Under the pieces are notes generated by a model. That model was not told the origin of the DNA. It did no database searches and saw only the letters and a program-made list of their open reading frames with translations. A DNA stretch of 63,046 nucleotides, filler included, from Craspedostauros australis (Eukaryota), in assembly GCA_030167865.1 (NCBI GenBank). It is 8 parts of 8 records of this genome, joined end to end, with 100 filler letters (N's around TTAATTAATTAA, not from the genome) between each part and the next. Parts side by side here need not be neighbours in the genome. Positions count along the whole stretch, not along the records: positions 54,910 to 57,485 come from JALAGF010000566.1; positions 57,586 to 58,772 come from JALAGF010000568.1; positions 58,873 to 60,196 come from JALAGF010000569.1; positions 60,297 to 63,046 come from JALAGF010000570.1; 4 more parts are not named here. One strand, given 5' to 3'. Both the position numbers and the translations under genes were made by a program. Every line of letters begins with the position of its first letter. Position 1 is the stretch's first letter. Below, piece after piece: positions 54,910 to 63,046 of this stretch.

Positions 54910-57485
54910 AACGATAGATGTCTTGGAGCGGATAGCCTTCGGCCTGCGCAAGGAAGTTGCATGTCTGCCAGCATGTCAGCGCATCGCTGAAGGTGCCGCG
55001 CTCCATGCTGGAGATGTAGCATGGAATGTAGCCATTTACGAGAGGTCCTATTGGCTCGCTCCATGGATGGATATAGAGTGCGCAGAGGATATGTGCAAGC
55101 CCTCTGATGGATGGACTCTTCGTCCTGTTCATGATCTTCACCGACAGCCTCCCGAACCGCAAGGCGCTTTGTTCGTCTCCCAGCTTTCCCATGAAGAGAC
55201 CGTAGCTTGCGAATGCCAAGCCTACATCCTCAGTGATACCGTGCTTTTTCGACCAAAGAATGATGCTGAAGGTGGAAAGAAGCAAATGGACGGCGTTTTG
55301 GCAGAAGAAGCTTCGGATGGCTACCTCGCGGAGAAAGACGAGGGGGAGGATGTCGGTGGGGTTGGTCGCGAGGGGTTGGCACATGATCTCTTCATCCGAT
55401 ACTCGCTTCGTGTACCTGCGCACCATCAGCATCTTCCTCAGGGTGTGCAGCCCGTATGACCCTTTGGGGTAGCTGCGCAGCGACTGAGTCACCTTGCGTC
55501 CCAATCGGAGGCTTTCGTGCTGCTTGTCTTGAGCTCCCAGGGCTTGGATCATGGAGGCGTAGGTCGGCAGCTTTTCATTGAGCGTCTTAGCGTGGTCCAA
55601 CACAGCTTGGCTCAATTCGTATCCCAGTTCGTACCGACCCAGCGTCAACTCAATCCTCGCTCTGGATGTAAACAGCCGAAGGTTGAGCTTGTACTGACGA
55701 TTCCAAGGTTCGCGGATCTTCCTCATGGCAGTAGATGCCGATCTGTAGTACACCGAGGCCTGCGCCAGGGCCGCCATGGACAGAGCCAAGTCCCCGGCTT
55801 GCAGATTGAGCTTGGCGATGAAGAGATGATCCTTCGTTGGCACGCTGTTCAGGTGATCCGCAGCAACGTACAGCAGCGTCTGATCGATGACTTGGCCGTC
55901 CGCGCTTAGCAATGGGTAACCCTTGCTGTTCTCATCGTTGTAATCGTCGTCACTGAGTTCATCAGCGGTGGTTACATCATCAGTATCATCGTCCTTATTG
56001 ATAATGGAGCGCGTCGATGGACGGCAGTAGTCGAAGAGACACTTGCCGATTCTTGATTTGAGTTTGCAGCGATCCTCCCCGAACGGGACCGACTCGTATG
56101 CTGCCTGCTGGATGCGATCGTGGGCGAAGCAGTACGTGGTGCCTCCGGTAAAATTGGTCAGGAATCCTTGCAGCACGGCCTCCTCTAGAAGATTCTCGAG
56201 CTTCTCCGCGGAGATGATCGGCTCAGCTGTCGCGCACGTGTTGTCCCCGAGAGACATGAATGAAGCTGGTTGCGCATTGAGGACCATTCGGAGGGTGGAT
56301 AGGTCGAATGTGGCGCGGATGTAAGCGGCACACGCGAGGGCTGCCTTGAGCTGCGGGGAGAGCCGACTGAGCTTGTGAGACATGAGCTCGACGATGTTCC
56401 TTGCGAAAGGCAAGGTGTAGCTGTCGCTGCCGACACTCCGGGCACTGCTGGCGCTGCTTTTAGAGACGTTGCTTTGGGGCCAGTGCCATTCCCACTGGAA
56501 GGTGATGTGGCTGTACGCAAGAATGTTGGTTTCTTGCAGCTGCTCCACGAGCTGGAGGGTGAAGAAGATGTTTCCCTCCGCACGTCCGTAGATCCTGGAC
56601 GTGAACGGTTCCAGATCCTCGACGGTGCGGTTGAGAATGATCGAGAGGCACTCCGCAATCTCCTGCTTCGTGTGATGCGCCAGTACCAGGTCCGTCCATG
56701 GCGAGGATACTTGATGCTTGGAAGCAGACGTCTCGGTCGCGGATTCATGTCGAAGGTTGGAACCCGCTGGCGTGCACAAAGTCTCAATCATCTTCCTGAG
56801 CGGGCTGTCGTCGTTCAGATCCAAGAGCTCACCTGGGCTGTGAGGATTGGTGTCCTGGCGAACGGCACCGATCATGAGGAAGTACTTCAAATTCTTGTCG
56901 CAGAGGAAGGTCGAGATGAGATCGATGCTGACTTGCGAAGACCATTGCAGGTCATCGAGGAAGAGGATGACCGGTCGCTGCTTCGTCGAGATGGCGTGCA
57001 GCAACGTTGTCAAGGTGTACCGCAGTTGATTCCACGCGACGTCAGCCTTGGCCCCGAGCTGTTCCACTAGACGTTTCATCTGAGCGGAATCGGGAGCATC
57101 ACCGGCGGACATCGATGCCACAGATTGGTGTTGTTTGATGTCATCAATCGAGGCACCTTTTGCTGAAGGTTGCGGCGGGTGCTGCTGAGAAGCTGATTCG
57201 TCAGTGGCTGGGTTCAGCTGGGATTGTGGCACGTTGCTGGTCTTGGCGTTGCCGGAGGAAAGCAAGGTGTGAATAGCCGGGACCAGCTTGCTGATGATGT
57301 TTGCTTGGGAGCCTAGGTGCTTGCGAATGCGGCGTCGGATCCGCTGTCGCTCTGCACTGGAGCTGTTCCCAACCTGCCGGCAGAAGTCGTTCAGGGCCTG
57401 GATGATGGCGGAGAAAGGGTCGCTGTCCTGTATGTGCTCATCGGTCTTGCCTTGGATGAAGTAAGGAAGCAATGGGATGTCTCCA
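54910..57485 (-). CDS. Partial AAA_16/STAND-type ATPase with helical/TPR-like region (COG3899-like), truncated at both ends
   Basis: Walker B PVILFLDDLQW, GNIFF..QL and FAHDRIQQAAY, then AKLNLQAG..A....A...A..Y. The ORF spans the whole block. Confidence 0.85.
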
Positions 57486-57585
57486 NNNNNNNNNNNNNNN
57501 NNNNNNNNNNNNNNNNNNNNNNNNNNNNNTTAATTAATTAANNNNNNNNNNNNNNNNNNNNNNNNNNNNNNNNNNNNNNNNNNNN
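57486..57585. other. Artificial contig-joining spacer
   Basis: N44-TTAATTAATTAA-N44. Confidence 0.98.
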
Positions 57586-58772
57586 GTACAGACACTTCTG
57601 CACTTGTGTGTTGCAATAGCAAGATGATTGTCATTCGAATTGCACTGGTATGGTTGCGAGGGCGTGATCGTTCGCGTACCACTGCAGAGCACAATGCGGT
57701 GTGACTGCGGGCGTTGGCTCTCCTCCGTTTTGTTCTACGTGACGGCGTGTACTTCTGCAATCCTCGCGCACGATCGATACTGGCAAACAGTGATCAAGAT
57801 GCCAATGACCAGACAGAAGGAGGTTCTGTGTTAGTCGTACATCGATGCATGCGGATGGTATGACGTGGGCGGCGGCAACTGGATTGGAGCTGACACGCGC
57901 ACGAGGAGTTGGAGAAATCGAGCAAGTCCAACCACATCAACATCATCGCGATCTCTTTCTTTCTCCTCCGATCGGAGTTGCACCTGGCATCCATACAAAA
58001 ATATCACAATGATGTCATGCACACGAGCATTGCGGCAACCTGAACAGTTCTCCCTCTTTTCGTGAGAAAAACAGCAACGGCAGGTTTGGACAATGGGGAG
58101 TCACCACATGCACCATTGGCAAAAGCCGGATCAGCATCAACAGGTCACCACGGCACAAGAGGGTGTTGCACTTCTGTATTTTTGCTACTGCATCTGCAAT
58201 GACTGGATGGAAAGTGCGGGCAAGTGCAGTGAAGACGGATCTCCCTTCGTCAAGGCGCGGATGTGGTGATGGTGCGCGATTGAACTGATCGTATTCTCTG
58301 TTTTGGTGCAGAACAGCACTTCCATCGAAACGCCGTTGCGCATTTACCTGTCAGTGATGGCGTCATGGAGCAGCCACAAGAGATGCGAACCGTTGCGAGT
58401 GGCTTGTTGCAGAACAGGCGCGCATCGTGAATCAACTCTTAGTCTGCACAATTTCCCCGAGGAAACGCCATCGCATGCAATTGTTTGTCCAGCTATGCGT
58501 ATTCGCATGCGCGTCTTCGATGTCATGTGCCTCTCCGCATGCACGTGCCCCACCGACAAATTCCAATTGCGTCTGGGATGATGCCAATGCACGTTCGTTA
58601 CAACAACATCCTCCACACATCATTCCTCGCGCATGCACTGCACATCATGCACATTTTCCGCGCATCCGCGCATGTGTCGACATCTTCCCTGGGAGGTGCG
58701 GTAATGCTATTTATCGAAATATAATTTCATGTTTCTAAATAATCCACAGAAGTGCAAGGCAATTGTCATGTC

Positions 58773-58872
58773 NNNNNNNNNNNNNNNNNNNNNNNNNNNN
58801 NNNNNNNNNNNNNNNNTTAATTAATTAANNNNNNNNNNNNNNNNNNNNNNNNNNNNNNNNNNNNNNNNNNNN
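58773..58872. other. Artificial contig-joining spacer
   Basis: N44-TTAATTAATTAA-N44. Confidence 0.98.
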
Positions 58873-60132
58873 CCGAGATGTGGTGCGAGGCTGGTTGGCA
58901 TCGAGGGATTGTGCCTCATCTCGAACGAACTCGAGGAGGTCTTCGAAGGAGACACCAACCTTGATGAAGCCGCGAGATTGCTTGTGACGTTNNNNNNNNN
59001 NNNNNNNNNNNNNNNNNNNNGCCCGAGTCAAGTCGACATCGGGACCGATGGCGGTGCGCAACCATTGCTGCTTGACCGCCTCATCGACACATGCATCATC
59101 GAGCTCTTCGATGTCGTCGAGCTTGGTCTCCCAAGCATCAAGGAATTGCTCCCGGCTCTTGGTCCAAGTCTGGTCCAAGCGGAAGGCGACGATGGCATCG
59201 CGGTACTTGATGGAGAGCGTCTCGCCGACGACGCCACTGGTGTAGCTGTCAACGAGATCAGCGTAGGCCGCGCGGCCATCGCAAGACTTCTTGTAGGCAC
59301 GGATGATGCGCCGACTCTTGGAAGTCTTGACATGCTCAGTGAGCACGGCGAAGAGGTAGCGATTCTGGCTCGCGAAGAAGGCCTCGTCCTTGGTTGCTGG
59401 CATGAAGTCCATGTCGAGATGGTGGTTGAGTCCATGAGAGAAGGAAAGAGTCTCGAAGGTCCGCATGAAGGTGAGGAAGTGCTTGTCGTCCTTCAGTGTC
59501 GGAAGCGACAGACTCTCTCGCTTGGTCGCCTTGCTGAACTCCTTGACGTAGTCAGCCGGTAGCTCCATGGCTTGGACACCTTGTAAGTTGGAAGAGGGTG
59601 CCATGGATGGAGTCACAGGTGGTTGCGGGAAGGCAGGATCAGGCACCGAAGCCGAAGGATCGAATCCGAAGTTCACATGCAGTGGTTCTTCAGGCACAGG
59701 ACGGAATGCGGATGGAGGAGTGGAGTGGTTGTTCATCCCCATCGGAGACGGCAACGGCGAGCTTGCAGTCGAACGCGAGTGCGAAGACGGAAGGGAAGGG
59801 TTGTTCTGCTCAGCTGTGAACGCCATGAACGAGGTACGATCGAGATCGTTCCAGGTGTTGTCGTCNNNNNNNNNNNNNNNNNNNNNNNNNNNNNNNNNNN
59901 NNNNNNNNNNNNNNNNNNNNNNNNNNNNNNNNNNNNNNNNNNNNNNNNNNNNNNNNNNNNNNNNNNNNNNNNNNNNNNNNNNNNNNNNNNNNNNNNNGGT
60001 GAGCGAGACAAGGTCAAGAGGGCTGACGATGTCCGCATGGGCGATGATGTCGCGAGGAGTGGAGTCCGAAGGGATGCCGATGACACCGAAGATGTGATCC
60101 AAGGTGGCGAGATCCATCTCAGGAGTCGACAT
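58873..60132 (-). mobile_element. Ty1/copia (CoDi-like) LTR retrotransposon gag region, partial
   Basis: FSKATKRE...PTLKDDKHF..F.R......SHGL...LD..F.P....F..QN.YLFAVL...VKT......IR......DGRAAY..L matches the diatom CoDi gag pattern. Internal N gaps are typical of collapsed repeats. Confidence 0.75.
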
Positions 60133-60196
60133 GATTGGCGATGGATGGATGGAGAGAGTGGATGCGGATGCTGGAGGCTGAAGGGTAGCTGAGGCT

Positions 60197-60296
60197 NNNN
60201 NNNNNNNNNNNNNNNNNNNNNNNNNNNNNNNNNNNNNNNNTTAATTAATTAANNNNNNNNNNNNNNNNNNNNNNNNNNNNNNNNNNNNNNNNNNNN
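60197..60296. other. Artificial contig-joining spacer
   Basis: N44-TTAATTAATTAA-N44. Confidence 0.98.
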
Positions 60297-60497
60297 TGCG
60301 TATGAGAGAATAACGGGTGAACGATGCACATATACACGTACATCTTGACATATACTCACATGTACATCTCGACATGCAGTAGTCGTCAGTATGAAGGGAA
60401 TCGAGGAATGTTGTAGTAAGAGGATCTGAGGAGCATATAGTTCCCAAGGTGGGGTGTGAGTCAGGTCGGTCATGCTTGAGTCATGATGGATTCGTGA

Positions 60498-61598
60498 ATG
60501 GAGGAGAGAAAGGAGGAGAAACGATTTGGTGGTCGATCAAGTCGGAAGTTTTCGCGCCAAAACAAGAATTTCTCCAATTGGGTTGGTACCGTGTCCGGTA
60601 ATAGTCTGTCCCTTATTGAATCTCAACTCAACCTCAAGAAATTCTTCCGCAAAAAAGAAATCCCTGCCCTGGATTCGCTCGCCAACAAAATCAAGGCCGA
60701 AACGGGAAAGAACGTGATGATTCGGTACCAGATGGATGGCACGGGGCCACACAGAGACACGGAACTACTCAGGTTCATCAACGAGGAGTTCGACAGTCGC
60801 GGATGGCACCTACGATTCCAACCATCGAATTCTCCCATCACGAATGTGAAAGACAATGCGATATTCCCAGCGATGTCGAAACACGTGTCAGCACATCAAG
60901 GTAAGCACTACGGGAGTTGCATGTTCACCACTGATGTGTTGTGGGACGCTTGTGAAACCTGTTGGAAGCAATTTGGGCTGGACAAGGTGGCACGTGCGTA
61001 TGTTCGCCACCATCAGATCGCCTATGCAATTTGTGCTGCGAAAGGAGGTGACGAATATGTGGCGGAGCGCAAGGGACTGAGCATGAACGCGCGGAAACAA
61101 ACGTTCACTGAAACTGACGAGGATGGCAACGAGATCGGCGTTGTTGTGTCTCACACGGACTTCGCGTTGGAGAAGGATGAGGCATCCAACACAACCACCA
61201 AGAAACCAACTGCAACAGGCAACAAAGGCAAATCAGCTGGCTTCAAATACACCAAGCCCGACATCGAAGGTCTGTACGATGATTCGCTCAAGGTGATGGC
61301 TATCAGTGGTCTGCAATGCCTTAAAATGAACCTGCCAACAACCAGCAGCCTCATTCCGTTGCTGGAGAAGCAAATCGTTGTGACCACCAAAGCCAACGAG
61401 GAGGCTGAACAACAGAAGAAAGACAAGAAGAGAAAGAAGCAACCCAGCAAGAGCAAAGCCGAGATCATTGAGCCTCACAACAACAAGAGCAAGACCGAGG
61501 CAGCACCCACCATGAACACATTCGAAGTGACCTGTCTGGCTGGCAAGACCGAGCATCACAGCAAAGCAGAGCAGGACAGCAACACAGCAGAGATTTAA
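60498..61598 (+). mobile_element. Tc1/mariner-superfamily transposase remnant (C-terminal half of the catalytic domain)
   Basis: YQMDGTGPH...GWHLRFQPSNSPITNVKD..IF resembles the QQDNA.PH...QP.NSPD.N.LD motif of plant/oomycete-type mariners. The first catalytic Asp and the HTH domain are absent. Confidence 0.7.
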
Positions 61599-62348
61599 CT
61601 GCAAGTCGAAGTATTAGTGATGATATGTTATAGGTCCACCTGTGATTCAAATGGTTGTGTGCGCATCGTCTGCTTGATGGCATGGAGGATTGTGATGTGA
61701 TGTGTGGCGTGGTGTGTGATGTTTGTTTTGTGATGAGTGATGAGTGATGTGAATTGTGTGACGCGGACCGTTATTTTTTGTCGTGAATGGTGTGCGTTGT
61801 GTTGAGGCGCAGCTGGTGTGTGCTGCGCAGCCACCACGTTGTGTCGCGAAGCAAGGCCCACGTGCTGCGAGACGCACTCACATCTTGTGTTGTGAGTGGT
61901 TTCGCATGACGCCGAATCCGTCCTTTGACGTAGAAGACGGATCATGGAGGGACAACACGAAATAGCCCTAAATGTACAATCGCCGTTGCTCCCAGAAGCA
62001 AGCAAACCAGTGGCAACAAGGGGCCAAAACTCTACAACTAGTGCTATCGTGACCCCATTCTGCATTTGGCGCAGGTCGTAGAGTTTGTTTGGATTCTCGT
62101 CCGCCTCTGATCCAGAACTGTTTCTTCATCACGTCTCACCACAACAATCGAACGTAACAGAGCACTCTGCGCTCCACAAAAGAGCAGCATCGAATGAAGT
62201 TGAGGAAGAAATAGTTGGTCTTGCACTGCCCACAAGGAGCATACTCGTACCCCACGATCACTCGAGAAGCAATCACAAAGAGGAATGCCATAATACCACA
62301 GTACAACACAATACCATGCCACCCCTCCAAACACAAATAATCACCAAC

Positions 62349-63046
62349 ATGGGAGAGGAAGGATCCAACAACAGCGGCCCCCGCGGCACCAAAGCGGCTG
62401 CCATTTGCAAGCCCATGCCATGGGCGTGGACCGTGGCCATTGCCACCCTGCTGCTGATCAGCAGCTGTGTCGCGCACGCTGATCAGAGCACCAAGCGACA
62501 CCAGAGGCCCCTGCACATCCAACGGGCCGCATTGGCAAGAAAAGTGGATGTCGAATCAGCTCCGCAGGCGTTGCTCAATGGAACAGGTACTACGTCCACA
62601 AGGGGCTTGGATGGCCATCAACACTCGATGGATGATCTGGAGGGACCTGTTCCAATCACCTCCGACCGCGTGATCGTCCATTGCGTCTACGGCGAGGAGG
62701 AGGAATGCTTGGAGCAACTGAAGGAGTTCGTTCAACAAGAACAAGAACAAGAACAAGATGGCGACTCGATTGAGATCGTTCATGAATTGCTCGGCACCAG
62801 CTTCGTGGCTGTCAAGATTCCAATCGCCAAACAAGAAAGCTTGAAGCAGCTCCCGGCTGTATTCGATATTGAGGAGGATGTTCCGCGCATTCTCGTCCCG
62901 ACTGTGGAGACTGACGACATTCCCGTCGAAGCCGCGAGCGATCAATCGGCATTCTTCCAGAGTATCCCATACGGCATCGATATGGTGCGGGCGCGTGAGG
63001 TTTGGTCTAAATACCAAACGAAGGGAGCCGGAGTGAGGGTCTGTGT
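62349..63046 (+). CDS. Subtilisin-like serine protease (S8), 5' part, runs off the window end
   Basis: Not in the ORF track. An open frame gives a hydrophobic signal (MPWAWTVAIATLLLISSCVAHA, alternative ATG 62415), a prodomain ending IEEDVPR, and a mature start QSIPYGIDMVRAREVW...GAGVRVC that leads toward the catalytic Asp motif. Confidence 0.85.
   Translation, partial: MGEEGSNNSGPRGTKAAAICKPMPWAWTVAIATLLLISSCVAHADQSTKRHQRPLHIQRAALARKVDVESAPQALLNGTGTTSTRGLDGHQHSMDDLEGPVPITSDRVIVHCVYGEEEECLEQLKEFVQQEQEQEQDGDSIEIVHELLGTSFVAVKIPIAKQESLKQLPAVFDIEEDVPRILVPTVETDDIPVEAASDQSAFFQSIPYGIDMVRAREVWSKYQTKGAGVRVC

Noticed and set aside
57586..58772. Possible decayed gene on the plus strand with TG/CA-rich composition
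   Set aside because: Frames are interrupted by stops and I cannot recognise a family; it may be a methylation-eroded repeat but cannot be supported.
1..63046. tRNA, rRNA or snRNA genes
   Set aside because: None recognised by eye; tRNAscan-SE/Infernal would be needed to exclude them.

Overview
Eukaryotic genomic DNA, most likely from a diatom. The evidence is GT-AG introns, a bipartite signal+ASAFAP-type plastid presequence on RpiA, a CoDi-type copia gag, and RXL/KSSK motifs. The window is not one continuous locus: seven artificial 100-bp spacers (44 N + TTAATTAATTAA + 44 N) join eight sequence blocks. Block 1 (1-28672) encodes a sulfotransferase-like protein, methylmalonate-semialdehyde dehydrogenase, a nucleotide-sugar transporter, coatomer beta', a CIA30-like secreted protein, a RAD51 paralog, a Cys-rich repeat protein, a DAACS amino-acid symporter and several hypothetical proteins. 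Block 2 (28773-51763) encodes a dynamin/Era-like GTPase convergent with an intronless, bacterial-type DUF2779 dual nuclease, plus plastid RpiA, an ER DnaJ-thioredoxin protein, Rab3GAP1 and a SAM methyltransferase. The short blocks that follow hold a partial AAA/STAND ATPase, a copia gag, a Tc1/mariner transposase remnant and the 5' end of a subtilisin that the ORF track missed. The strongest leads are the apparently horizontally acquired DUF2779 nuclease (with its neighbouring GTPase) and the silaffin-tagged 18-residue Cys-repeat solenoid protein. All family calls are from motif recognition; no database searches were run.
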